From Tubulanus polymorphus (lineage: Eukaryota; Animalia; Nemertea), in the NCBI RefSeq assembly GCF_964204645.1, contig NC_134032.1, forward strand, positions 4,116,175 to 4,180,174: a stretch of DNA of 64,000 bases, in the 5' to 3' direction. Made by a program: the position numbers and the translations under genes. Shown here piece after piece: positions 24,054 through 36,703 of the stretch (position 1 is the first letter of the stretch; every line of letters begins with the position of its first letter). Below the pieces are notes generated by a model. It did no database searches. It saw only the letters and a program-made list of their open reading frames with translations, and was not told where the DNA came from.

Positions 24054-25944
24054 ATTGTAGCGGAAATTCCTGTTAAATAGTTTAAAATGTTGTCGTTATA
24101 ATGTATAGTTTCTGTTTTTCCGCTGCGGAGCCCTCCTCATTTTTTTTAATTGTAATGTTTTTGGGCGATAATTAGCTCGCGCCTTTCATTTCACGTTCTG
24201 TGCACCTCATTTTCTCTGCATATAGTAATTTAATTAATTTCAGCTTTTAATAATCAAAACTGTAGGTTGATCACTTTTCGCTCTCACCTTATTTTACTAC
24301 GTAAGATCCCGATTTACTATTTGTATAGTCGTCTAAACTTTTAAACTCGGAGCTTTTGCGCAGCGGCCATTTTTTGTGCTGTGTGACATCATCTTCCATG
24401 CACGATGACGTCACACTGCGCGGATCTATAAAAATGGGTCAGCGCGCGCAAACGTCACTCTCGTCTCGACCTACATTGATTAGAGGTAAACAACAATGCG
24501 CGCTCTCCTGGCCTGGGGCAACCCAGGTCAGGCCGGGCTCTGACGTCAGTCAACTCGACGATATGTATCTATTTTTAATCCATCGGGAATAGTCAACCTG
24601 GCGGCTTTTTCCTTTCGGATGAGACGTGTCGTGAGATCTGTCTCTGAAACCTTTTTAATTTTATGCCATGGGCATTATTTTGGGTCTTCGTGGGCCTAAA
24701 TTTAGCGACCATTGAGTCATTAATCGCGGATTTTTGCAAGGACAGATCCTTGCACTAGCCTCTTTTATAGATAATAGATTATAAATAATAAATAATTCAT
24801 AACTAAGATAGATTATGATTTTTTTTTTAGACCATTTATTTAACCTTTTTATTTGAATGAGGTGTACAATTCAATTATTGTGATAAAAACTTCACGTGCA
24901 ATATGTAAATATGTATACAAATTATACAGTAGTTATTCGTTTCTGAAATAATAATTTTCTATATTATTCAATACAAGACTTATCACTATCGTGGGGGGGG
25001 GGGGGTTGCGTTTGGACGAAGTAGGATCCACTTTCTTGAGGCCAGGTCCAAAAAAATCTAATTCTTTATGAAGTGGCGAGTGTCGGGGTGTCTTTAGACA
25101 CATAGATGGGGGCAAGATACTACGCCAGGACGAGATCGTGCAGGGAGGCACTCGATATGATGTTACACCGTGAGGACCTGAGGAAAAGATGCGCCGGAGC
25201 TCGGGTGACTGTGAGGTTCCGACATCGAGTCAAGGGCCCTGACTCGATAGACCTCATGGCGGACACCTGTCCGGTCTGGTCCGGGTAATTGGGTCAATAG
25301 TTAAGACTCTGACACTTGCTTCCTTCTCCCCTATTCCTTTTTTACGAACTATAAACTTTTTGTCTCTGAAGCTGTCCATCCCTTCGGCGGAAACTTTCTG
25401 AGGATTTCCCCTTTGTAGTTCCACTCCCCGGGACTACAGGACCAAGGCGGACCCCCTGTAGCCACGCTTATTGATAAGATAGATAAGATAATTTATTACT
25501 CTCCAACCATTTCCATGGTACGTGGAGGAAAAAAAAGATTTTGTTTACAAATATTCACATATCGAGAGAATAATAAAAAATATTTTAAAAACATAAGAGT
25601 ATTTACAATATTGAGGAGATCTGATGATCACGACACCTATCGGTCGCTACCAGAGGATGACACTAAATCGCGGACGCGTACCGGCTACACTATGTTATCC
25701 ATTTGCCCTCTCTTTATTTGACCTCCGTTCAACACTTTGATTATTTTTATATTATATTCACTTGATTGTATCGCCACCTAGTTTCCTTGCTGTAGTATTA
25801 TATTTTGTTTTACATTTTACATATTTTATTTGCAAATATTCTCTATTCCTATGTTATCCATTATAAAAGCGATTATAAATGTATGTCAACTCTCGTACTG
25901 TTTTTCCTGTGTTTTGATGTTAATATTTTATTGCATGTTATTTC

Positions 25945-28764
25945 CTATGTGACACCTGCGAAAATGTAGGTATCTTCTGTAGGGGTCGTGACACCTGCGA
26001 CAACCTCTGTACGGTACCTGATGATATCTACATCATCGTAGTCATCATCATCATCATTTTCGATGTCTTCATACACGTCGTCCTGAGTTTGATAGATAGG
26101 GTCAGCACGACCGGCAGTTGTAGGCTGATAATAATTCAGAGAAACACAAATATTCCACACGTGGTATAAATAAAGGGACATGATTGAAAATAACGGAAAT
26201 GTATTGATATGAACAAACCTGAAGGTAAATATCCCCGGGATCGGGATCAGTCGTGTTGTTACCTGTATATACAACAATAGAAAATACTACATGAATTCAA
26301 AGAGTTTCTGATTATATTCTCATAGACCCAGTAACACTGTTATCAAATTTTACACCTCCCCCGCTTAAAATCCCCCTCTATTTAAAACACCCTATCCCCC
26401 TCTCAACACCTCCCCCCTCGGAGTAAGATGATAAATAACAAACCAGTATTTCTGCGGCGTCTGAGCAACACGACTGTGGCAACGATTGTTATCAGAGTTA
26501 CCAAACCGATTCCACCACCGACTGCTAACCAGAAACTGAGTCCGTTAATACCAGCCGCAGTATCTGCAAAACCAATTTTTTCATATGTACCCGTTATGTT
26601 TCTAAATGAAATTTACCTATACAGTTTCAAATTCATTTTCGTGGCAATATATGTCTCAAAAAATGTTCTGCGATAAAGTAATCATTTTGCAAAATAGAAT
26701 GAACACTTTCTATAAAAATAACTCATTTGATGTTGAGGTGGTTTCTGTGACTTGTGTAACTGTTGATGGTCCTACAAATATATATTATCAATTTTGAATA
26801 TGGTTCGACTCGCGGTGCCGCCGTGTTTTAACTGAAGTTCAAGCTACAGGACTTAGATTCAACTCCACACTATCAAACAAACTAACAACTTACGCAACCA
26901 TTTTCGGGCTTAAGAAGTCACAACTGTGCAGGTTTACAGGTGCTACTCACCAAATTCTACAGTGTTTAACTTGAGGTACTCATTGTGGTACTCACCAAAC
27001 TGTACAGTGTTTAACTCGGAATACTCATTGTGGTACTCACCAAATTCTACAGTGTTTAACTCAATAACAGCCACTTGATTCGATTCAATGTATGTGCTGG
27101 TGGTTGAGCCTGACATCGTTTTTGTTGTGTTAGCGACAAATTGTTTATTCGGGAAAATCTTACTGGAGATCATTGTGAACTACAATGAGAAAATCATCAC
27201 AGATAAGTAAATTTAAAAACCTGAGAGAGGTGTGAGGGTTGAGAGAGTTAGTGAGGAGGTGAGGGAGTGAGAGGGTATGAGGAGGGGAGAGTAGGAGGGG
27301 AGATTGTGAGGGGTGAGGAGGACGATGAGAGGGAGAGGGGGGAGGAGGGCAAGGGGAACCTGTATTGATTATTTCAATCAATTCACCTGAAAAATGTAAA
27401 TCGCTGATGATCCTCGATTCCAGATAGCGACGCGAGTAAGATGACCTACGTAATGAGCAGGTTGACCTACATTACGGGTAGGTTGACCTAGATCACGAGT
27501 TTTGGTGGTTAGTGTCTGTATCTGGTAACCTGTAGTGATGCGACCGAGTCGACTGTAACCAGATTGAACTCCATTTGATCCAAACAGATTCACATAAAGC
27601 TCCTCAGTTTTTTTATCAGTTTCAATCTTGATTCTCCATTCAACTGAAACAATTAAAACTGTCATTAACAATCATTGTGTTTATAACTGATAGAAATATT
27701 CAATATTTGTGTCGACAAATTCATTAAATTCAGATCTAATTTTGCACCTTCTCTGGTTGTATTCGGGAACAGAGAAACTTTGTTGTTATCCTTTCTATCC
27801 AAGAGAACATTAAAACCGAAATCCGTTTCAGTGACGTCATCAGATTTGAGTTCAACCTGAAATTATATGCATAAACAAGTGTACAAACGACTGTGAATTA
27901 ATTTTACCAGTCCGGACTACAGTTTAGGACTTATTGACAGCTTACTCATTTTAGGAACCACCAATTTTCTCCATATCCTGGTTTGCGTTTTATTTTTACA
28001 GTTTTAGGTTTTCCAATATTTTTCGTAAAAATGATCACATCTTTTCGTTCTCTGTGTTCCCCGAATAGTGAACCTAGATATGTAAACTGTGATTCACCTC
28101 GGTCACCGATAATCTGAATATCAACTCTTCCACTGGTATAGTATAACCTGGAACTATTCCGCTTGATTCCACTAAAAACAGCGATCTGCCATTTAACTAG
28201 AAATAACAGGAAAAAAATATGACTTTTCACACTTGACCGCAATCTGTGAGGAGGGACCATTTTACGACCTTTGAGGATAATTCAAACACGGATTGGACCG
28301 GATAATCATCATTATCATCAGCTTTCAGCGTGGAGCCTTAGTAGACTTTACACCTTGCCCGCTTGAGGCGTTAACTTGCTCATAACTCAGGTTTTAAAAT
28401 AAAAGGTTTGTTAGCCTAGGCTTACCGCCACAGTCTAATTATAAGTTCAGTTCATAAGTAATTCTGAGTTCAATAATACGTTTTAACGAACCTGGTTTAT
28501 GAATTTCTGAATGATAATTACAAGTCTTTGTCTTTGTGTTTGTGTGGCTCTTACTGCAGTTATACATGTACACAACATTGTCACCATCTATCACACCTAC
28601 TAGCGCCACCTATTGAATTCAAATATATGAATATATGAGTTAATATCAAATTCACACCGGCCTCTCTCTCCCCTCCCTCTCCATATTTCTATAACCTGAA
28701 TGACGCTCCAGTTTGTAATCCGTACAGATTTCAACATGAGTTTTCTCGGTGGATGTGGATTTGT
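25945..28764 (-). pseudogene. Second copy (B) of the PLAT-stalk-TM receptor; 5'-truncated, with a different cytoplasmic tail
   Basis: Exons 28696-28764, 28555-28609, 27946-28196 (ends TGA where copy A has CAA), 27748-27856, 27387-27643, 27041-27179, ~26726-26770 (donor GT>AT), TM 26444-26563, tail 26219-26262 and 25945-26124. Confidence 0.8.
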
Positions 28765-29394
28765 CAAAATCAAAGGTAGAATGTTTACGTAGACAACGAT
28801 CAGAGAGAAATATGTTATTTGCTCAAATAATTCCCAGTAACATCCTAAAAAGTGGTCGATGTAATGCATCGACAAAACAGGCGTGAGATATAGAACCAGT
28901 AAATTCACTGCAGTAATTATCAATATAGTAAATCTAGCGAATCTCGGTGTGCATATCAAACGAGATGTGAACGGGAAGAGCACAATTGCCGCACGTTCTT
29001 GAGATATCGCTACTATCAACCACGAACTATTGCTGCATGCAAGAATCATTAAAAATTCATATATTTGACAACTGATCAGTGAATTCATCATGAATATAGG
29101 ACCGTCTTTAACTTGATAGAGAACAAACTGTAAAACGGGCATCAGAGTGAAATTGGTACAGTACATAAAATCACTAGCAGACAGAATGATCAGATAGTTA
29201 GCGTACGATAAACTGCGGAATCTGCGACTAATCATTATCAGGAAAGTAGCCGAATTTCCGAATGCTCCTAACAGGAACCAGACGGGCAAAATGACCAGTG
29301 ACACAGTACGGTAGACTCCAGACCTGTTCACTACAGACATGAGAACGATGTAACCAAGATAAGGTCGACCAATTTGCATCTGAGAAGAATTCAT
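28600..29394 (-). CDS. Chimeric ORF: class A GPCR TM1-TM5 fused in frame to a PLAT exon of receptor copy B
   Basis: Residues 1-~210 align by eye to 48273..49232. From TNPHPPRKLMLKS onward the sequence matches 6702..7049. The junction is at 28764/28765. Confidence 0.75.
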   Translation of the reverse strand: MNSSQMQIGRPYLGYIVLMSVVNRSGVYRTVSLVILPVWFLLGAFGNSATFLIMISRRFRSLSYANYLIILSASDFMYCTNFTLMPVLQFVLYQVKDGPIFMMNSLISCQIYEFLMILACSNSSWLIVAISQERAAIVLFPFTSRLICTPRFARFTILIITAVNLLVLYLTPVLSMHYIDHFLGCYWELFEQITYFSLIVVYVNILPLILTNPHPPRKLMLKSVRITNWSVIQVIEIWRGRGERGRCEFDINSYIHIFEFNRWR

Positions 29395-29424
29395 GATTCA
29401 TGCGGATCAAATGATAGTGTATTA

Positions 29425-29560
29425 CTATCTGAGAGTGTACTGACAGTCTGAGAGCTGTACTGGTTGTCTTGAGAGTGTGCTGACTGAGAGTGTGCTGCCT
29501 GTCCTATAGTGTACTGTCTGTCTGAGAGTGTACCGACTGTCTGAGAGCTGTACTGGCCGT
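29425..29560. repeat. Short degenerate tandem repeat just upstream of the chimeric ORF
   Basis: ctgagagtgtactgacagtctgagagctgtactgg motifs repeated. Confidence 0.7.
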
Positions 29561-29794
29561 GCCTTCTCGCGCATTGCAAATTGAATTAGACTCTAATATA
29601 AAGGTATCATTGTAGTGTTTATTGGAGCCTCGGTTTGTTTGTCAGATTTATTGTTCGCGTCAAATGAAGAATCAATTCTCAGAAATCTGAGAACGAGAAC
29701 GATTTTCAATGCAAATACAAAATACACTATATATATTAAATTAAATTCAAAATACGTTGAATTCATCGAAAATCCTGAATTATATTACAGTAAA

Positions 29795-30030
29795 ACACCC
29801 GCCGTAAAAGGTAGTGAAGAGACACCACTGTCCCCCACACTCGCGGTAAACGGTAGTGAAGAGACACCAGTGTCCCCGACACGCGGTACACGGTTATGGA
29901 GAGACACCGGTGTGCCCGACACCGGTGGTACACGGTAATGAAACACAATGTTTTCGATCCGACACCCGCGGTAAACGGTAGTGAAAAAACACTGGTGGCC
30001 CGGACACCAGTGGTAAACAGTAGTGAACCT
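29795..30030. repeat. ~40-bp degenerate tandem repeat
   Basis: cgcggtaaacggtagtgaagagacaccagtgtccccgaca-like units. Confidence 0.8.
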
Positions 30031-30854
30031 CTTGAGTAGTAGAATATGTTTAACACTTAGTGAACTTGGAACAGAAAAATGATAAATACCTGGTGTCAAA
30101 AAACTTTATACATTGTAAAGGAGATTATGGTTTTTTGCTGAATTAATTTAAGTATTGGTTACGTGTTACATAATTTATGTTTTGTTTGAGGAATAACGTC
30201 AATACTTGCCAACAACAAAAAGATAATAGGCTCGTAATTTCTGCATTGTGTAAATTATTTGTTGTGTTTTAACACCAATATACATTACGTCACCGCCGTC
30301 ATTATGACCCAATACTTTATAGAAACGTGATATTTCGATTTACGAGTTTAGTAGTAAACATTTTCTCTAAATGTGCTCGATGTAAGAATTAAGGCAGATT
30401 TCTTGTAAAAAGATGAATAAACGTTTGTAAAGTTAACGTTACTAAAGCGATCAATCTCTCATTATGTATATCATATGACGTTCACGATTCCGGAATTTCT
30501 CGGCTGAAAATAGTTAGAAATACAGCTATCATTCTGAATCTATTTGTAATGTTACATCTGACCTTTCGGGTTTTTTTTAAATTTTCTGGTTAAATGTCTA
30601 ATGCCTGGTGTTTGCGATGCATTTTCAATTGGAAATGTCTTGGATGAACACATGTGGACGATAAATAATCGGTTTGTCGAGTCGACGACTTGTTCAGTTC
30701 TCGATTTGAAGGAAACCAATAACTAAATTGCTTCACTAAAGATAGGTAGAGTTGATAATTAAATGCCCATTCCAATTGTCCATGCCATTGAGGTCCAACC
30801 CTTTAAAGGATCCTAGATCCGAGCGTGATGGACGAGTGCTAGACGAGTAAGCGA

Positions 30855-31535
30855 AATGATGATAAGGTACGGTACTCGGAAAGCTTCCGTATCGAAATGA
30901 TGATTACGTACAATACCCCGGAAACTCCCGTACGGCAAAGATAATTGCATAGGGTACCCAGTGAGCTTCTATATCGCAAAGATAATTGCATAGGGTACCC
31001 AGTGAGCTTCTATATCGCCAAGATAATTACGTACGGTATCCAGGAAGCTCCGTATAGCGAAGATAATTACGTACGGTAACGTGAAGCTTCCGTACCACAA
31101 ATATAATAACGTACGGTGCCCAGCAAACTTCTGTATCGAAAAAATAATTACGTACGGGACCCAGGAAGCCCCGTATAGCAAAGATAATTACGTACGGTAA
31201 CCGTGAAGCTTCCGTACCACGAAGATAATAACGTACGGTACCCAGAAAACTTCTGTATCGAAAAGATAATTACGTACGGTACCCAGTAAGCTCCAATATC
31301 GCAAAGATAATTACGTACGGTACCCAGGAAAACTCCGTATCGCAAAGTTAATTACGGAAGCTTCGGTACCGCAAAGATAATTGCACACGGTACCCATTAA
31401 GCTTCCATATCGCGAAGATGATTATGTACGGTAACCGCGAAGCTTCTGTATTGCAAAGATGATGAAGAACGGTACCCAGGAAACTTCCGTACAGCAAATA
31501 TAATTACGTACGGTACCCAGGAAACTTCCGTATCG
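30855..31535. repeat. ~42-bp tandem array, ~16 copies; related units at ~58460-58580
   Basis: gataattacgtacggtacccaggaagcttccgtatcgcaaa units. Confidence 0.92.
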
Positions 31536-31699
31536 ATAAATCAATTCGATAATAAATTGAATTAATATTACACAATTGATTAATGATTGTTAAGACTTTT
31601 GTAATCTAATTCAGCTATCACTATGAGCACTTATACATACTGATCACACAGTAATTTTGTTGTTTATTAAGTTAACTTATGTCACCTACATATTATAAA

Positions 31700-33020
31700 C
31701 GTATCTAATACTGAGAATTTACTGCTCTTGAACAGAAATAAGTACATCCAACTCTGTTGTCGAATGGTGATAATCTAAGAACAATTTTTGATATCCTTAC
31801 ACTTTGCTACAAAGCCTCTGCAGGTTTGGGAGTCAACAAAGATAAAACATTTTGTCATATGGGTTGGCAACAAAATGCTCAGTTCTGATGTATTATGCCC
31901 AGAACTAAATTTAGATTGGTCAAAGTTCAGATTTAAAATATTAGGTATTGATTTCAATTTCGCGGAAAATGATATAACTCGGTGTAATTATGCATCAACA
32001 CTTTGCAAAGTCAAAAGTATTTTAAATAATTGGCAGTTTAGAAAATTATCACTTATGGCTAAGCTAACAGTAGTTAAAAGCTTAGCCTTATCAAATCTTA
32101 AGCACCTTTTATGTCTCTTCCATCACCGAATAAAAATGGATTTAGGATCTAGAAAGTATTTTTTTTAGATTCCTCTGGGATCGGGGTAAAGATAAGATTA
32201 AACGCTCTACCATATATGGTTCATATAGGGAAGGAGGACTTAAGATGCCACACATTCCATCTTTTATTAAAAGTCTGAAATGCACCTGGATTAAGCGATT
32301 AATCCATCCACTTATAACTTCCGATTGGAAAACTTTGTTTATCGACTCGCAGGAAAAGGCGTATGGAAAGGAAATTTGGCATCTAGGCTCAGACCAGCTA
32401 GTTAACCTTGCCAAAGTAAAACATTTTAACAATTTTTGGCAAGACGTTATCAAATCATGGGCTGAAATTGAGAAGAAAGATCCACGTAAATCAATCAAAT
32501 ATACATTAGGTCAAGGTCTATGGTTTGATCAAAATATTTGTATAAACAGGAAACCAATTTATTATACAGACTGGTTAGCAGCAGGTATTGCACATGTAAA
32601 TGATTTAATTGATAGAAATGGGCAATTTATTAGTTTCCAAACATTCTTACAAAAACTGGTTCCGTAACTGCAAATTTTCTACAATTTTACGGCGCACTTT
32701 CAGCAGTACCGAAGACCTGGAAAGTTACTATCAAGGATTTCGGTGATAATCTAGTATCTGTTGATGATTCCAGTAATTTATCAATACTTAAAAGGACTGT
32801 TAAGCCGAATGGATACTTTTATACTAAAATGGTAAAGAAACATTTGCAATGCCCAACTTCAATTTCAACATGGCAAGGAAAAGGTCTTAATTTGGTTGAA
32901 AACTGGAAGAACTACTCTTCTTTATTTTTCAGTCGGACTAATAATAACAAAAATAACAAAATACGTATGACCCAGTTCAAGTTTTTACATCGTATCCTAC
33001 CTACTAAAACCTTTTTATAA
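31700..33020 (+). mobile_element. L1/Tx1 ORF2 post-RT half, frameshifted
   Basis: FKILGIDF, NNWQFRKLSLMAKLTVVKSL, EGGLKMPHI, WIKRL, FWQDVIKSW, QFKFLHRILPT. Confidence 0.85.
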
Positions 33021-33225
33021 ATAGCTCTAAATCTGACTTTTCGAAATGCTTGTCACGCAACTCCCCAATTAAGGCATTTTACATCTTATAATAATGATAA
33101 TAATTTATTTCCACTATAAATTACAACATACAATAAGGATATACAAAAAATAAATAAGTATGGGACATTTTAACATAACGTGGGGGAGATTAGATGAAGC
33201 CAACAAAGGCTTATAATAGTTTCTA

Positions 33226-33293
33226 ACACACACACACACGCACGCACGCACACACCACACACACCACACACACCACACACACCACACACACCA

Positions 33294-33335
<42 letters not shown>
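33226..33335. repeat. (CA)n compound microsatellite with CACACAC heptamer block
   Basis: Direct read. Confidence 0.95.
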
Positions 33336-33337
<2 letters not shown>

Positions 33338-33808
33338 GGGTTTAACTGTACTTTCGAGGACTAGACCAGGGTCATGCATAAAGGTGACTTCCGAGGACTT
33401 GTAGAAACCGCCTGCGTTTACCTTGCTACACTTATGAGCCAGGGTGTGTATGAAAAAGTGAGGACTTGCACAACCAAACGAGGACTGTCCTCACTGCTAT
33501 CGTGAGACTAGATAAAATGAGTGTAAGGCCTTACACAAACAACTGAGGACCGCTCACTAGTATAGTAGGACAAGAGCAAATAGTGTGTACGGACTTACAC
33601 TAAAACTGAGGACCTCTCACTAGTATAGTAGGACAAGAGCAAATAGTGTGTACGGACTAACACTAAAACTGAGGACCTCTCACTAGTATAGTTGGACAAG
33701 AGCATATAGAGTAAAAAGATACACAAACAACTCTTGTTCTACTTTACTAGTGAGAGGATCTCAGTTATTTGTCTAAAGTCCTGGTACTCTATTTGCTCTT
33801 GTCTTTCT

Positions 33809-34047
33809 ACAGTAAACCTTGTAAAAATCGGATCTTTTGGAACCAAAAAGCCCTCCGACTTTTGGTGAACGATTTTAACTGATTCTTAGTTAACTACGAG
33901 GTTGGCAAGTTGCAGATTCATAACATCCGACCTTCAATATAAATTTCATTGATAAAAAGTAGGAAAAACAGGAACCATTAATATTCATCCGATGTAGTTA
34001 ATGATTATCCAACTTTCGTCCGTTCGACTTATGCAAGATTTAGTGTA
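33809..34047. mobile_element. Tc1/pogo-type MITE, degenerate
   Basis: ta|cagtaaaccttgtaaaaatcg ... cgacttatgcaagatttagtg|ta. Confidence 0.55.
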
Positions 34048-34099
34048 GGCTTATAGTAAGAATACTGATATCGATACTATTACTAGTCTAATAGCAATA

Positions 34100-34594
34100 C
34101 AGTCAACCCCGCATAAGTCGTCATCGAATTAGTCGTATCATCACATCTCTCGTATAATTATTTTGGTCCCGATTTTCTTCTTCTTTAAAACTTATGAAAT
34201 TATGCTTATAACTCATACTTCATGAGTCGTATCAATTTTAGAAGCCAAACTAATTCCATTCAAAATACATCGCGTAAGTCGTAGCCCGAAATGCCGGGAG
34301 GATAAAAAATACGCTACAATATTGGCAGTTTAAGTGTTCAGACAGTAACAATGTAATTTTCTTGTGACGCTGTCTGTGTGGTGCACGTGGCAGCTTTAAT
34401 GGATTGATTGAGCGATATAGGATCTGCTCATGATACGACCGGGAACATGACGAACCATGCTGGAATCTGAGCGTCGTATATATCGTATTTTCACGGGTTA
34501 TTCGCGGAACCACGACTTATAGATAACTCGTACATCACGTAAGTCGTAGTAAAATCATCAGTACCGAGGACTACGACTTATGCGGGGTTGATTG
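34100..34594. mobile_element. pogo/Tigger-type MITE with TA TSD
   Basis: ta|cagtcaaccccgcataagtcg ... cgacttatgcggggttgattg|ta. Confidence 0.88.
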
Positions 34595-36068
34595 TAATAA
34601 AGGCCAACTGGCAGTGGCGGTGCGAGTCCCTATGGGTGGCGTGGGAAGAAGTTTTTTACCCCTCGGAAGCGCGTTCTCGGGCAGTATGGAAGCCTTGTGT
34701 TTGACAGAGTAACACGTCAGTTTTGTACAAAATGTATATCTTTAAATAATGCGTGCTGCTCTTATGAAATAAGGCTTTTACAGTTTAGTTTCAATAGTCT
34801 AATTTGTATTTCATGGTTATCTGTAAAATAACATATTCAAGCAATATGAGCTGGTTTGTAATAGACTCAATATTGATTTAATAATTACCAACTATGGAGA
34901 ATGGTAATTGATATCGAAAAAAATATTTTTCATTCTCTCGATGGCAAAATCATCAACTGGTTGATGGTGGCCATTAATTGGTAGAGTTAGAAGTACCATC
35001 ATAGTTTCGAATAGTTAATTGTAAATTTGGCAGTCTGTCACATGTCAGTTTAATGCTTATGTCAACTCTAGTGATTCATTATAAATATCTAGTATAAACA
35101 TTTTAAGAAGGAGACACAGAGAGTTCGAGTCAGACACGCCAAATAAGTCTAGAAACCGAGAAAGGTCGACCTGCGAGTCGTGAGCTAGGATTTACAGAAA
35201 ATATATAATAATATTCACGTCTTACATCATCGAAAATATAGTATAAAGTATTTTCCTCCATTTAAAGATTTAAAGAGACGTTCGACAAAAGATCGCTTCC
35301 AAAAGAAAGCAGGCAGGACTTCTTACTAGCCACTCTACAATATACACATGGTATCAACTGGTTTACTATGGCATAGATATACTGTCAAAATGAAACATCC
35401 AATTTACTCGTCAAACTTTCATTTTTTACCCGTCAAAACTTAACATCAGATTTACTCGTCAACTCAACATAAAATGCTCGTCAAAGCATCGTTTTTGACG
35501 CGTTAAATATGATCTCGGATATACTGACAAAACCAAATCGCTATCGTAGACATACCGTCAAAACTCATTATCATTTGACGCGTCAAAATCGCTATCGTAG
35601 ATATTATGTCAAAATGAATATTGTCAAAATAATATGTGGCTTTTCAGTCCACGTTTCACCTTCGTTCGAACATTTTGTTTTTGATACAAATAGTCACTAA
35701 GGAGAAGAGCAAATAGAAAGCTGCACTGTTGCTCTTGTCCTAGTATAGTGAGAGGTCCTCAGTTGTTTGTGTAAGTCCTTGCACTCTATTTGCTCTTGTC
35801 CTACTATACTAGTAAGAGGTCCTCAGTTGTTCGTGTAAGTCCTTGCACTCCATTTTCTCTTGTCCAACTATACTAGTGAGAGGTCCTCAGTAATATGCGC
35901 AAGTCAATGCACTCTATTTGCTCTTGTCCTACTATACTAGTGAGAGGTCCTCAGTTGTTTGTGTAATTCCTTGCACTATGACAGCATAGCTATGCCCTTT
36001 TCAAAGGTTTTGCTAAACACAAAACAGCACAGCATATAGGCCTATTCGCCTAAAATTTCCAAGTTCTA

Positions 36069-36703
36069 CAGGGTGTCTCAGAATACTTTTGTCATTTTTT
36101 AATCACTAATTAAGGTATCAATTAGAAATATATTTAAGGATAATAGGGGTTAATTAGATTAAATAGGATGTCAACATCATAATGACAAGGTTTCAGATGA
36201 CTGCCTTCATGCTCGAGTGAACAACGCCCGTCCAACCAAAGAGTGTCACTTATGAGCTTTGAACAACCTTGAACAGCTTTGATGATTTGACCACTGGGTA
36301 GATTTCTCTCTGGAAATCTTTCATGGAAACGTCTACGGATTTCAGCATTATTGTGTCCTTCCTGCAATAGCAGGACCATGAACACCCTCTGTTCTGTGGT
36401 GTAATCAATTCACCATGGCTGACCATAGGACACCTAGGATACTAATGGTATAGCACAAGCATTTCGTAGCTATCAAAATGTGCATGATCCAAGAAATGAC
36501 ATGTTGTTAAACTGCTGAACAGGTCACTCCTTACTTTGACAATGCAAACGCATTCATGTGCGACCACTTTGATGCAATTCAACTATGCATGGAAAGAAAA
36601 CATCCTAGGCTATCATTATCAACCAAAATTTTCACTATTATAATTTTAAATGATACCTTAATTAGTGATTAAAAAATTGACAAAAGTATTCTGAGACACC
36701 CTG
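36069..36703 (-). mobile_element. Internally deleted Tc1/mariner element with TA TSD and transposase N-terminal HTH remnant
   Basis: TIRs cagggtgtctcagaatacttttgtca... at both ends. Internal YTTEQRVFMVLLLQEGHNNAEIRRRFHERFPERNLPS. Confidence 0.88.

Noticed and set aside
30855-31535. Regular array with palindromic core (tacgta, ggtacc) as a possible CRISPR
   Set aside because: Units are contiguous degenerate tandem copies with no unique spacers. The context is eukaryotic and there are no cas genes.
33114-33379. Cys/Val-rich ORFs
   Set aside because: Translations of the CA microsatellite.
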